A DNA stretch of 45,769 nt from Octopus bimaculoides (taxonomy: Eukaryota): positions 15,119,446 through 15,165,214 of the forward strand of contig NC_068986.1 of the NCBI RefSeq assembly GCF_001194135.2. Direction: 5' to 3'. Below the pieces are notes generated by a model that saw nothing but the letters and a program-made list of their open reading frames with translations, had not been told where the DNA came from and searched no databases. Positions 24,026-38,383 of this stretch are shown one piece after another (positions within the stretch are counted from its first letter, which is position 1; every line of letters starts with the position of its first letter). The position numbers and the translations under genes were made by a program.

Positions 24026-24693
24026 GTTTGTTTTAGTTTCTGTCCCACAAATTTGCTCAAATGGCTATTCACTCCACAGCTGTAGTAGAAGTCACATGCT
24101 ATCGGTGCCATTCAGTGGCACTCAACTCGGAATCATGCCCGCTTGCAATAACTTACTTTTGTTTCAATTATGTAGATTCCTTCAGAGAATGAAAATTTGT
24201 AAGAATGTAAATTATTTTTAATTCTTAAAACATAACTTCACACCTATTCAAAACAAATTTTCGTGAGGAAAGAAACTCTAAACTCGTTGTCTTCTTTTCA
24301 GTTTCCGTGTCTATTCTCTGTTTGTGAATGTTGGCTAATGACCGAAAGAAAACGACCACGAATCCAAACAGCTTAAATATGCATTCGTCTGTAGGAACGG
24401 TGTAGTAACGTCACTTGACAGGAAGCGCAACTCAGAGATCAAGCAGTTTCTCCTGATCGAACCGCTACTCCTCCGCATTTTGAGGGCTCTCCTCCAGTAA
24501 TACAAATATGGAATTAAAATGTTGCAGGAATGAATCGGAACACTGATTCTTCAAACCAAGCCAAGAAGGAGGAGCATTATGGGAAGACTAAGAATGATAT
24601 GGCTGGCGTGGATGTGTGCAAAGAATTTTGCTTCCCAACCACATGGTTTCGGGTTCAGTCACACTTCGTGGCGCACTGGGTAAGTGCCTTATA

Positions 24694-24921
24694 TTAGGTT
24701 GTCCGGAAAGTTCGTGCCGGTATTTAAAGGAGAGAAAAAGGTCAATAAATACTTGCCATTACATTTTTAATCTACCAAATATGAACCATTTTGTTGCACA
24801 ATGCGTTTCCATCTTTCCTTTAACTTGCAAATACCCTCTTCCCAGAATTGAGGTGATTTCATGGCAAATAAGTCGAAACGTAAGCTATTATAGATCGGTA
24901 CGAACTTTCCGGAAAACCCAA
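24694..24921 (-). mobile_element. Mariner deletion derivative (228 bp) inserted into a SINE D copy
   Basis: TIRs TTAGGTTGTCCGGAAAGTTCGTGCCG / CGGTACGAACTTTCCGGAAAACCCAA, TA duplications at 24692-93 and 24922-23; minus translation RFDLFAMKSPQFWEEGICKLKERWKRIVQQNGSYLVD* (24767-24880) is a mariner transposase C-terminus. Confidence 0.9.
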
Positions 24922-25086
24922 TACTATAGCCTCGCACTGACCAAAGTCTTGTGGGTGGATTTAGTAGACGTTAATCGTGGGACTGGACCCGGAACTATGT
25001 TACCACACCACCATGCCTGCACCATCCGTAATTTTAATGTTCAGATTACACATAATATTTGTAAATTGCTCATTGGCTCTTCGTTT

Positions 25087-25233
<147 letters not shown>

Positions 25234-25954
25234 GAGAAATACAGGATGAGTTATAAAGAATAGGCAGAGGAAGAGATGCTGCAGATAGAAGAAAAGAGAC
25301 AGAAATAGATAGAGAGGAGGACGACTAGACAGATAGAATAACTGAGAGTCAATCAAATAGATTGATAATACACACATGTATAGAATCAATAAACATGAGT
25401 ACATAATTGCGTGGAGATGTACACGAATGTGAACGAAATATCTTTAAATTATTAACTACGAATATTTCGTATTTTAGAACAGACGGCGTTAGAATATTTT
25501 CGCCATCACAGCGCTTCGAAACCAAAGGCCAATATCTCCATATGTAATTGAAAGTGAGAGAAATACTCGTGTGGCCTGAAACTCGTATACAGAGCCTAAT
25601 TGCTTGAATAGCACGAAATATTCCCTGGTACATTAAGAAATGTGATTATGCATTTACGCAATCAATATGCAATACCGTATTAGCAATTATTATACTGGAA
25701 TTAGTCACAGATTCCTGATGACTACATCGTAATAAGCTTCTACCTGCGTGTTCCTACAACACGGATATGTGCAGTAGCATTAATTCAGCGGCATTTGCGT
25801 ACCGTTTTCGTAGATACATACATACATACATACATACATACATCTATAATATATACATACAAACCATACATGCATACATATATATATGTGTGTGTGTGTG
25901 TGTACACATATGTATATATATATGTATATGTATATATCATACTATATAATTATT

Positions 25955-25993
<39 letters not shown>

Positions 25994-26526
25994 GCATATT
26001 TATATATATATATGCAGTTATATATAGGTGTATGTGCCTTTGAGTATATCTGTATATATAAATATACCTATATATGTATATACGTGTGTGTGTGTGTATG
26101 TGTCTGTATATATATATANNNNNNNNNNNNNNNNNNNNNNNNNNNNNNNNNNNNNNNNNNNNNNNNNNNNNNNNNNNNNNNNNNNNNNNNNNNNNNNNNN
26201 NNNNNNNNNNNNNNNNNNNNNNNNNNNNNNNNNNNNNNNNNNNNNNNNNNNNNNNNNNNNNNNNNNNNNNNNNNNNNNNNNNNNNNNNNNNNNNNNNNNN
26301 NNNNNNNNNNNNNNNNNNNNNNNNNNNNNNNNNNNNNNNNNNNNNNNNNNNNNNNNNNNNNNNNNNNNNNNNNNNNNNNNNNNNNNNNNNNNNNNNNNNN
26401 NNNNNNNNNNNNNNNNNNNNNNNNNNNNNNNNNNNNNNNNNNNNNNNNNNNNNNNNNNNNNNNNNNNNNNNNNNNNNNNNNNNNNNNNNNNNNNNNNNNN
26501 NNNNNNNNNNNNNNNNNNNNNNNNNN

Positions 26527-26567
<41 letters not shown>

Positions 26568-26847
26568 ATATATATATATATATATACACGTGTGTATATC
26601 TGTTTGTGTGTGAGTGTGTGTGTGTAGGCAAATAATTATACATAGTTATATTAGCAGAGAAACATGTCCGACTTACTCATATGAGGAGGGTTATGCAAAT
26701 GTGTTTGTAGAAACAAATCTTTATATTGAGATATTAATAACTTGTAATTACTTACGTAATGGATTGTAATAAGCATAGTGTGTGTTTATATATATATATA
26801 TGTATATATATATATGAAATACGTATATATATATATATATATATATA

Positions 26848-27400
26848 CGCAGGTGGGGCTGTGTGGTAAAAAGCTTCCTTCCCAATTATTACATGGTTCC
26901 GGGTTCAGTTCTACTGCATGGCACCTTCAACACGGGTCTTCTACTGTAGCCTCCGGCAGGGCACACCGATGTCCAATGAGTGGCTCGTGTCCATCCGTCG
27001 CAATGATCGAACGCTAACCACTAACCACTCTCTCTGTTTATTTTCTCGTGTTTCTTTCTGTTAAAGAGCGTATGCTCGAAACAAAATGACTTTCTCACCT
27101 TCCCGAGTGTTACACTAATACACCTGTTTGTTCTTTACAGACCTGTCTTCGTCTTTTGTTGTTGTTTTTTTTGTAAATTCCAACTATATATATATGTGCG
27201 TGTGTGCTTTTGTTTGTGTATTTGTACCCACCACCCTCACCTGACAACCGATGTTAGAGTGTTTACATCGCCTTAACATACCGGTTCAGCAAAAGAGAAC
27301 GATAGAATAAGTCCCAGAACTGCTGTCGATTTCTTCGACTATAAGCAGTGCTCCAGCGTGGCCGCATTCAAATGACGGAAGCAAATAAAGGAACACACGA
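26848..27400 (+). mobile_element. SINE family D copy interrupted by a Penelope-like fragment
   Basis: Head at 26848-26955, Penelope-like piece at ~27030-27190, D tail at ~27215-27400 (GACAACCGATG...GTGCTCCAGCGTGGCCGC). Confidence 0.65.
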
Positions 27401-27437
27401 ATAAGGGAATATACATACATACATACATACATACATG

Positions 27438-27471
<34 letters not shown>

Positions 27472-28261
27472 TATACAAAGTGAATATATACACATAAGGG
27501 AATAGTGCTACTATATAGATACGCATCATATAGATTCAGTGAAGACATTTATCGGGGGGATATAACAGCTGTCGTTATTCTTTCGGGGGTCACCTTATTT
27601 ATCATAATGACATATATAATTACATATAAAGCGATATGTATATGATTTAAACACATGCATATACACATGCATATACCTATATTTGTTCTTGCAAACACAC
27701 AAATATATAAACATATATATATATATCCATTTGCATATATATGTATATATATGCACACACACACACACACACACGCACACACACATATATGTATGTATGT
27801 GTGTATGTATGTATGTATGTATGTATTTGTACGTGTGCCTTGGATCAAAGTATCATTGGAGAATAAATATCTTGTGTTAAGTTCTTAACTAGTTAATCTT
27901 CTACTGATGTTGGTGGACAAAATTTCTCGTTTTTGACATGACAAGTAATTAGCAAACGAATTTCGTTCGGATATTAACTCGTTCATTCCTATAATGTGGT
28001 AACATATAAATAAACAGAAACAATTTTAAACATATTAGGCCGTACTGTATTAACATAATTTTGATTTAGATGAAATTATCTGACGAAACGAAGCGATCAG
28101 AGTCTTCATATTGCAAATCCCTTCCGCATATGAGATTTCCTCTGATTGTTGTTGCGTAATGTAGATATGTGTTCGCTATTCCTCTTAGCAAGCAGTACAC
28201 TCAAGCAGACGAAGATAATCCTAATTAAATATATGTAAGTATTCTTTGATTCTTTAATTCT

Positions 28262-28416
28262 TTTATTCTTTTTACATGTTTCAGTCATTTCATTGCTGCC
28301 ATACTGGAGCACCGCTTTTTAGTCGAACAAATCGACCCCAGGGCTTGTTCGTTGTAAGCCTAGTACACCAATATCTGTTGTCAAGCGATGGTGGGGAGAC
28401 AAACATAGACACACAA

Positions 28417-28505
<89 letters not shown>

Positions 28506-28610
28506 ACGGGCTTCTTTCAGTTTATGTCTGCCAAATCAACTCAAAAAAGTTTTGGGCCGGCCCGAGGCTATAGCAGGAGACACTAGGGCAAGGTGACACA
28601 CAGTGAGACA
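28262..28610 (-). mobile_element. SINE family D copy with expanded internal (TA)n
   Basis: Same order of blocks as 8881-9292; ~70 bp (TA)n at the internal position. Confidence 0.8.
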
Positions 28611-28641
28611 GAAAGTAGAACAACAACAATGACAACAACAA

Positions 28642-28760
<119 letters not shown>

Positions 28761-29439
28761 GTATATCAAGCTTCCTGATAAAAATTGATAGTTTTAATTT
28801 TCAGGTTGCAAGAATATCGTTTGTATCAAACTGTATTCCAATTAGAAGAGGACATAGCGTGCATTGCCGTCATGTAATTAGCTACGGCCTGATAATTAAC
28901 ATCATTCATTTATTTATAAATAGAATATTTAAAACAAAACTAGAGTGAAACAATTGACGAATCACGTGGATAAGTTGTGTTAAAAATATTAATTATTAAT
29001 TAAAAACTTTCATAATGGTTCAGAGAAACAGTGATTTATTTTTAAAAAAATACGCAATTCGTAGGAATTTCACAGCTATTGGGAAATGTTTATTCTCTTA
29101 CTTTGTTTCGCCATATTGCGTGTGTTGCAACGGATATAAAGTTATATCATTACGATCGTCATCATTAGCATCATCACCATCATTATCATTGTCGTTGTCG
29201 TTGTCGTTGTCGTTGTCATCATCATCAAAACTATCGTCCTTTTAGTGTTTACTTTTCCATCGATCAGAATGAATTTGTCGAGGCAGATACTCTACGTTCG
29301 GATGCGCTTCCTGTCGCTAATCCTTATCTGTTTTGAAACAAGTTAATATTTCTTCATGAGCTGACATGATTTACATGAAATATTGGGAACGAAAGACAAT
29401 GCTTGTACAACAGTGGCAACGTTTATATAACGGTTTCCA

Positions 29440-29630
29440 TTATATAAGAGAGGAGGTCAAGTTGATTATATCAATCCCAGTATTTCACTGGTATATATTT
29501 ATCGACCCAGACAGAATGAAAGACAAAATCGACCGCGGTGAAATACGAACTTAGAATGTATATATAGACGGACAGAATTTCGCTAAAAATTTTGCTCGGT
29601 GTGCTAATGGCGCGGCTAGTTGGCCGCCAT
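29440..29630 (-). mobile_element. Diverged SINE family A copy
   Basis: TTTATCGACCCAG...ATGAAAGACAAAATCGACC...GAACTTAGAATG...GTGTGCTAATGG. Confidence 0.7.
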
Positions 29631-29772
29631 GATGCTGGAGACGCCGCAACATAGGAATTATTTTGCTATTCTCCGATTCTTCGGTTGCATAACCACAAAC
29701 ATTCAATTCTGCTCTTCATTCCACCGCTAAACGTCCACAAAAACAAGGAGGACCATATATGTATGTGTATGT

Positions 29773-29816
<44 letters not shown>

Positions 29817-31593
29817 GTGTGTGTGTGTGTGTGTGGGTGTATAAGCATATCATTCTAAAACGATACAACCGTTCATTTAAACCAATTTAAACATTGTTTN
29901 NNNNNNNNNNNNNNNNNNNNNNNNNNNNNNNNNNNNNNNNNNNNNNNNNNNNNNNNNNNNNNNNNNNNNNNNNNNNNNNNNNNNNNNNNNNNNNNNNNNN
30001 NNNNNNNNNNNNNNNNNNNNNNNNNNNNNNNNNNNNNNNNNNNNNNNNNNNNNNNNNNNNNNNNNNNNNNNNNNNNNNNNNNNNNNNNNNNNNNNNNNNN
30101 NNNNNNNNNNNNNNNNNNNNNNNNNNNNNNNNNNNNNNNNNNNNNNNNNNNNNNNNNNNNNNNNNNNNNNNNNNNNNNNNNNNNNNNNNNNNNNNNNNNN
30201 NNNNNNNNNNNNNNNNNNNNNNNNNNNNNNNNNNNNNNNNNNNNNNNNNNATATATATACATACATATCATTATGTACATATATTTATATATTTGTGTGT
30301 GTGTATTATATATATATGCATAAATATATATTTGTGTATGTGTGTGTATGTGTGTGTCTGTGTGCGTGTAAACACAGATGCATATATATATATGTATGCA
30401 TGTATATGTATGTATGTATATATGTATGTATGTATGTTTGTATGTATGTAAGTAAGTATGTATGTATGTATGTATGTATGTATATACACGTACATGTGGA
30501 ATGTACATCTTCGGAGATATACAAGGTAGTTACTGATTAATATTAAATTCTTGTCTTGGCAACTAACCACTAAATAACAAGAGAGATCGAGAGTCGATTA
30601 ATTGTACAAAATTACTCATTGCCAAATGTTAGAGCGGTCACATACGAACACAGACCAGAAACAAACTAGGGAAAAGCGTGAGGCAAAGCAGAGCAATTTT
30701 CATCTACCCACTCATACATTTTAATCATTAATTAGTATCAGGGACATAGAAACTCATTGCACTTTTACAATTCAGTCATACAACTACTGTTCACATTTAA
30801 ATAGCTGCCCTGTCACTTTTTTAAGGCGGTTTTAGATGAACATACAGCCTTTGAACCTGAGTGATTAGTGACCCAATAATATTTAAGGACGATGTAACTA
30901 AATCAGTATAGGAAAAAAAATCTCTCGTTGGTAAGATCTAAAACCTGATGAATATTTAATTTTATGGTAAATGCAGTGTAATGCCTTCACTTCATTTTCC
31001 TCTCTATAGATAGTCATTCGTCTTTCTGTAACTATGCACAAATACATAATATGTGTGCGCTTACATGCACACACACACACACACACAACATATCAATGAA
31101 TATGTAGATTAGTACATTTGAATAATTTCTTTATCGTTTGAGTCAATTGCAACGTAATTGATTCAAATTTGCCCGACATATGTTTCGGCTGGATAGACAT
31201 CTAGTGATTGCATTTGCATCCTGTTACTTTCAACTAGTGATTATTGTATGTGCTTTTATTCAAGGTCCAACCATTGAAGTTAACCGAAGCTTGAAGGAAT
31301 GGAGATTGACACAAAGTGCACCAGAAACGCGCATCGGGTGTATTTGAATAAAATATGCTGTAATTGTCTCTAAATAATAATAAAGAAATTAAGCAAATTT
31401 ACTAGTCTCCGTATTCATTTTTGCTGTATTGGATACACTCTCGTTTATATATTCATAATCCAGAGAAATGAAATAGGTATTTACCCATCGGATGAAATAG
31501 AGAGAAGTTGTCTACCTCAAGTAATTCTAGGCACTGATTTTAATTCTAAGTAACTGCTTGAATGGTACCCACTTGGATATGTTATCCCAATGT

Positions 31594-31636
31594 ATCTATC
31601 TATCTATCTATCTGTCTATCTATCTATCTATCTATA

Positions 31637-31699
<63 letters not shown>

Positions 31700-31742
31700 T
31701 TATTTATCTATCTATCTATTTATCTATATATCTATCTATCTG
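31594..31742. repeat. (TCTA)n microsatellite
   Basis: Read directly. Confidence 0.95.
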
Positions 31743-31911
31743 TTTCTTTCTGTATATACATACATATATATANNNNNNNNNNNNNNNNNNNNNNNNNNNN
31801 NNNNNNNNNNNNNNNNNNNNNNNNNNNNNNNNNNNNNNNNNNNNNNNNNNNNNNNNNNNNNNNNNNNNNNNNNNNNNNNNNNNNNNNNNNNNNNNNNNNN
31901 NNNNNNNNNNN

Positions 31912-31957
<46 letters not shown>

Positions 31958-33159
31958 TGTGTATACACATACACACATGAATACATGCATACATACATAT
32001 ATACATGCATATGTGTGTGTGCGTGCGACTAATATCAATTAACGTGGATGTTGTATGAGAACAATATACGGCATCATTAAACTAGAGAGAACCTCTCATA
32101 TAGGCGATTCATGCATAAAAGCACACACATAGATCGTAGCACACGCGAGGCGCCTGTCATTGTCACCAGAACTCAAATATCACGAGATTTGAGTCAACGG
32201 GACATCATCAGTTGAAGGTGTCCAGTCAGCGTATGCCCATTCAACAAGTTATATACACTGTTGAATTACCCGATGCTGTGGTTTTTAGGGAGAGGACGTG
32301 TCTCCATAAACATACTGTGTTAAAAGTACATTATATATCGGAGCGAGTTGGTCATCGTCCCGCGAATGACTCATGAAAACGTCAGTCGTCTCCCGGTCCT
32401 TTATACGTTTCCTTTCAACGGTTTATATACGTTAAGTTTGATATATAAATAACTATTTTAATTTAATTCTGATTCAATTGCATTAACCTATCTTGTATTC
32501 AGCTCAGCAGTTTTTGAAATATCAGTGACTGTATTACTTACTGTTGGAAGGGACAGATTTGGCCTAAGCAACTGACTACCTAGTGCCCGTCATTGAAAAA
32601 TCACGAAGAGACCGGAACGTGCTCGACTTTCTCGTGGGTTGCTGGTAGTAGGATGTTCTTCTAACAGCATGAGGCCTTTAGACGTTGTATATGTGTTACG
32701 CACGTTACATAGGTGTATGTATGTCTGTTTATGTATGTATGTATGTATGTACGTACATGGCGCCAATACCTCAAAAAAAGAATGCCTTGCATTGTTTGTT
32801 CCCTTCTCACTTATATACATTAACGGCTTTGCATTGGTAAATAAATCATTAACTAAATCGCTAGAGAAATTTAGTCTAACACGGTCACTGTGACGTGATT
32901 GTTGCTATTAAAAGAAATATATAGAAAAAGCTTACTTTCATTTCGTTCCTTGTGATACTCGAATTTTGGTTCTCGTACTTGAATAAGCAATATTTTTATG
33001 AATATATTTTCTTTAATATAATATTTAAAATATCAACATTCTTACGTCCTACGATTGTTCATTTATTATGTAGAGTCTGGTGCTATATAGGAACTCTCGA
33101 AAAGGAAATATAATTAGAAACCTAATCCAAAGATGTTTTCGCGTTATTAACAATAAAAA

Positions 33160-33470
33160 TAAAGTGGTATTCCGCCCGCAACGACGAGGAGTGTTGCAGT
33201 TGGTCCGATCAACGGAAGAGTCTGTTCATGAAATTAACGTGAAAGTGGCTGAGTACCCAACAAACGCGTATAACCTTAACGTCGTCCTCAGTATGATTCG
33301 GTAGGACACAGAATATGACATGTCTGGCCCTTTGAAGTATAGGTACAACACGTTTGCGTAGCTGAGTCGATTTGAAGGAATGTTAAATAAAGCGACTTGC
33401 TCAAGGACATCTGTTGCACCACGTTACGACTGTAGGCCAAATGCTACTACTACTAAGCCGGGCGCCTTCA
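33160..33470 (-). mobile_element. SINE family B-related copy
   Basis: Minus head AGTGAAGGCGCCCGGCTTAGTAGTAG...GTCCTTGAGCAAGTCGCTTTATTT resembles 1915-2152. Confidence 0.5.
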
Positions 33471-35574
33471 CTAATTATCGAGAATAAACAGAAAACATGT
33501 TGCTATTGCGTTGCGTGCTCTGGTGGCAGGATTTTGTAAGGGAGATAAACACTTCTAGATAAGTCTCGGTAGGATATGACATTTGAATTTTAAATAGAAG
33601 ACCAAGAAGAAACATTGAATATATATATAGTTAAAATTTCCTTATTGATTATAAAAGATCTTCAAATTTCCAACTGCTTCAAATTCATACATTATATTTA
33701 GTTATACAAATATAATTGAAATAAAATTTCAATTTATACAACAACATATACACAAATGAAGAAACAAAACAAAACTAACTCTGTTGTACGTAGCATAAAA
33801 AAAGAAAATATTCTAAAAAATACTTATGATATATATAAATATATCTTTCACGTGCCTGAAGAGAGAAAATATTAAATATTTAGAGTTCATATATATGATT
33901 ACGCTAAAAGTGGATTCAACGGAAGTTATGTAAACGAATTTGTATTCTTTATTCTTTGTTTTTATTCTTTATTCTGTTATCAACAAGGAATGATAAACCA
34001 ATGCTACTAACTATATATATACTTAGAATATAGGATTCTTACATAAGAAATATTGCCCATATACTTTGGCTCGGAACTGCTGGTAATTAAAACCTGGCTG
34101 CGATCTATATTTTATGAACAGTGTAGCAGCAACATATGCATCAAAAACTGTTAGTTTTGTGATATGATTTTTTAACACTCCCTTAATAATGAGTTCCATA
34201 CTGTATTCTGAATACATTTACATACACTTGCACAGGAAGGCATATCTAGAAGCATACATACTTTCATACATACGTACTTAACACGCTTACACACAAATTG
34301 CATACGTACGTACCTGACAGATTCATATTTATACGACTAGATGTATAGTTACATAGACACATACACGTACATATGTACTGAATAGGGTACACTAGGATAC
34401 AAACACAAACAAGAAAATCTCTGTATATGTAAGATCCATATTGGTTTACTCTGCTGAACTCTGTCGAATACAAAGATGTGTTATGATCATATGGTGTGAA
34501 ACGAATGAGAGCTGTATCCCAATTTACATCAGATTATTATTTACACATTAAAGACGGGTGGCTCAATCATGCGCAACCGTTAATCCAGAGAAGTTTCTTT
34601 TTTCCTCTCCGATATTTTTGCTCTTTCCATTTGTTTCCACTCCTCTGAAGGGTGCACGCTCGAAGCAACATACGCTATATATATATATATACATATANNN
34701 NNNNNNNNNNNNNNNNNNNNNNNNNNNNNNNNNNNNNNNNNNNNNNNNNNNNNNNNNNNNNNNNNNNNNNNNNNNNNNNNNNNNNNNNNNNNNNNNNNNN
34801 NNNNNNNNNNNNNNNNNNNNNNNNNNNNNNNNNNNNNNNNNNNNNNNNNNNNNNNNNNNNNNNNNNNNNNNNNNNNNNNNNNNNNNNNNNNNNNNNNNNN
34901 NNNNNNNNNNNNNNNNNNNNNNNNNNNNNNNNNNNNNNNNNNNNNNNNNNNNNNNNNNNNNNNNNNNNNNNNNNNNNNNNNNNNNNNNNNNNNNNNNNNN
35001 NNNNNNNNNNNNNNNNNNNNNNNNNNNNNNNNNNNNNNNNNNNNNNNNNNNNNNNNNNNNNNNNNNNNNNNNNNNNNNNNNNNNNNNNNNNNNNNNNNNN
35101 NNNNNNNNNNNNNNNNNNNNNNNNNNNNNNNNNNNNNNNNNNNNNNNNNNNNNNNNNNNNNNNNNNNNNNNNNNNNNNNNNNNNNNNNNNNNNNNNNNNN
35201 NNNNNNNNNNNNNNNNNNNNNNNNNNNNNNNNNNNNNNNNNNNNNNNNNNNNNNNNNNNNNNNNNNNNNNNNNNNNNNNNNNNNNNNNNNNNNNNNNNNN
35301 NNNNNNNNNNNNNNNNNNNNNNNNNNNNNNNNNNNNNNNNNNNNNNNNNNNNNNNNNNNNNNNNNNNNNNNNNNNNNNNNNNNNNNNNNNNNNNNNNNNN
35401 NNNNNNNNNNNNNNNNNNNNNNNNNNNNNNNNNNNNNNNNNNNNNNNNNNNNNNNNNNNNNNNNNNNNNNNNNNNNNNNNNNNNNNNNNNNNNNNNNNNN
35501 NNNNNNNNNNNNNNNNNNNNNNNNNNNNNACAGACACACAAACACACACACACATATATATGCATATACATATA

Positions 35575-35725
35575 TATACGATGGGCTTCTTTCAGTTTCC
35601 GTCTACTAAATCCACTCACAAGGCTTTCGTCGGCCCGAGACTATAGTCGAAGACTCTTGCCCAAGGTGCCACGCAGTGGGACTGAACCCGGAACCATGTG
35701 GCTGGTAAGCAAGCTACTTACCGCA
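35575..35725 (-). mobile_element. SINE family D 5' half
   Basis: Close match to 9135-9290. Confidence 0.85.
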
Positions 35726-36291
35726 CATATGTACAGATAGAATTCAATATGTTTACGCATACGTGGATAGATATAGTTCAATATGTATACGCACACGTAT
35801 ATATGCATATGTTTTTGTGTGTTTGCAATTGTGCGTGTACATCTGCATTTATATGTACATATATATGTACATATTCTAAAGCATTATTCAAAAGCTGTAG
35901 TTTTCTGGGGTTAAAACAACAATATCGTCGTCTCTTGTGGAACACCCATGTTAAAGTGGGGATAGACAATACATTTTGGTTCGTATACTGCTTCTAATTC
36001 GGACAGAGCTTTTCTAAAGGACGTGTTTCTTAGCTACAAAATGAGTGATTGTACGACACCTTATTTTCTACATATTGCAAGTGAGGTCAATTCACTTCCG
36101 TGCTCTGTAAACGAGTACCCACCACCTATGAAATACAGTAAGATCGAAATCACGTGGTCTGGTGTTCTCAAAGCTAGAGTGGCAGAAGTTATCTCCCGTT
36201 TGCAATAAATATCGAATGTGAATAATGCACTGAACATGTCTTCCTGGGGTTAAAATTGCAGTATTGTTGTCCCTCAGAGAACACTCATGTT

Positions 36292-36532
36292 AACAGAATT
36301 TCATGGAAGCATGCTGCTCCTTCGGTTTAGCCATCGCAAAAATCGACGAACAGAAGAGATGCACTAGAAAACAATGACGCACCACATGGTAGTACGATAT
36401 CCGCTCCCGATGCCAGTCGGCAGACTGATGCCTGAGGGTGACATCAAGTAACTTGTAGCTGCGGAAGTCTGAACTACAACTGGCTTGCCTCGCAGATAAC
36501 GTTGTTTCCGGTTACGTTTGGGTACCCCGTCA
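36292..36532 (-). mobile_element. Mariner left-end relic with transposase start
   Basis: Minus: TA then TGACGGGGTACCCAAACGTAACCGGAA (mariner-type TIR); ATG at 36334 gives MAKPKEQHASMKFC, resembling the mariner N-terminus MxxxKEQRxxIKFC; truncated at ~36292. Confidence 0.65.
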
Positions 36533-38194
36533 TATATGTATGTACATATAGAGGCAGTAAAGAAAATAATGTGCATGAGACTAAAATGATGTGAAAGAAT
36601 AAATTGTGAAGTGTTGGGGAAGAACGAGCAGTAAAAGAGTTTAATGCAAGCTGACTTTGAAAGATTACATATTCTGTTTAACTGCAGTACACTACAGCTT
36701 AGAACTTAAACATGTCTATTGTGAAATTTATAATTCTTCCAATGCTTTGTTCAAGACTATTATATACATGCCAACTAAAACGATGCTGTGTATGAAATTG
36801 AATTCTCCAAACGTGTTTTCCGCTTCGTCATACATTTTCAATAATATCAGGTTTTTATTCAATTGTGTTTTTTGCTGATTTTTTTTCTATCTTTTTATAT
36901 TTTTAATGTTTACTTGGCATTTGGTTTCAGACAATACGTGTGAAAATAACTAAGATATTGAGGATACGTGAAAAGCGGCCATATTTATTTGATTTTCTTT
37001 ATATTCATTTTTCTAATCGTATTTATCATTTATTTCATTGGTAATTAAAACTTGCGTCTGAAGTATTATCTTCTTTTAATACAAAATACAGTGACAGAAC
37101 TCCTTTCTCTTCTCCAGAATATCTAACTATGAAACTAAACTAACACAATGAACGAAAATAATGTAAAAAGACAATCTTAATGTGTTGTATATATAATTGT
37201 TTGTGTTAGAATAATTGTTTTCTTATATAACATTCCTTTATTTTTCTATCGTTTATGTCACTTCACAATAATTTACTGTAGAACGAAAGAAAATAATGTA
37301 TGGCCGCCATCAAAGTTGATGTCCTTAAAGCAGATGTAAAATGAAAACTGTGGTACTCAATTCTTTACCGTACTCAGAATAACAACCATTGTTTATTTTC
37401 GAGAGGTGAGTAAGGTTAATTTGTTGATAACCTATATTTTAAATTAAACAATTCACAACAATTACGGAATTCAAGACACAGCATTATTCAAAGTTATTCG
37501 CTTTGGGGACTAAATGTATAAAGCCACATTTAGGTGAAACTTTTGGTACATTACGTCTATCAATTTTGAAAAGGCTGTTTGTTAAATTCATGAACGCTGT
37601 GTCGAAATCAGTGTAAATCAGTACAATGAACCATTACCGCCCACTGTTGAAAACACTCAAAGAAATGAATGTTTAATTTCATGTAAATCTATACACGTTT
37701 CAAAGATTAGCTTTTATTAACGGGTAGGTTGAAGCAAAAGAAAACCATTGAAATGCTTTTTGGACAAAGGAATTTGCAGTCATTCATAATAAAGTTAAGG
37801 AGCCGAGGAAGATATTAACTCGTTAACAGGACTTGCAAAATTGTTGCTGGCAGAATCGTTGGCACATCTCAGAAATTTACATTTTGAGTTCAAATTGCAA
37901 CGATGTTAGATTTGCCTTTCATCCCTACAGAATCAATACAATAAAGTACAATTCAAGTAACGGGGTTGGTGTAAATCAATATATCCGCTCCCCTCCAAAA
38001 TTGCTTGCTTGAGACCTGAAACTGACAAACTAACCTGCCATTCATGGAAGCTGTTGCGATCTCCATCACTTGTAGAACATGGAAATTTGGTAAGCTGTCT
38101 TGTGAGTCCAAAGGAAAAAATAAATAAATTACACAAATACAACTGGAAAAGAGAAAACGGCAAATTTTTCTCGCAGTATAAAGAAATCTGCGTA

Positions 38195-38344
38195 AGTGTA
38201 GCAGTGCAGTAAGAAATTTACTTCCAAAACACATGGTTCCAGGTTCAGTCCCACACCGTAGTACATTAGGCAAGTGACTTCTATTATATCATCAGGACGA
38301 CCAAAACGCTGTGAGTGGATTTGGCAGAGGGAAACTGAAACCTG

Positions 38345-38345
<1 letters not shown>
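38195..38345 (+). mobile_element. Diverged SINE family D 5' half
   Basis: CACATGGTTCCAGGTTCAGTCCCAC...GTGAGTGGATTTGGCAGAGGGAAACTGAAA then (TA)n. Confidence 0.75.

Positions 38346-38383
<38 letters not shown>

Noticed and set aside
25478-25543. Candidate 66-nt exon (TDGVRIFSPSQRFETKGQYLH); similar candidates at 12767-12800, 14114-14149 (minus) and 31265-31347
   Set aside because: Splice-like pairs at this rate are expected by chance; no homology recognised and they do not assemble into a coherent protein.
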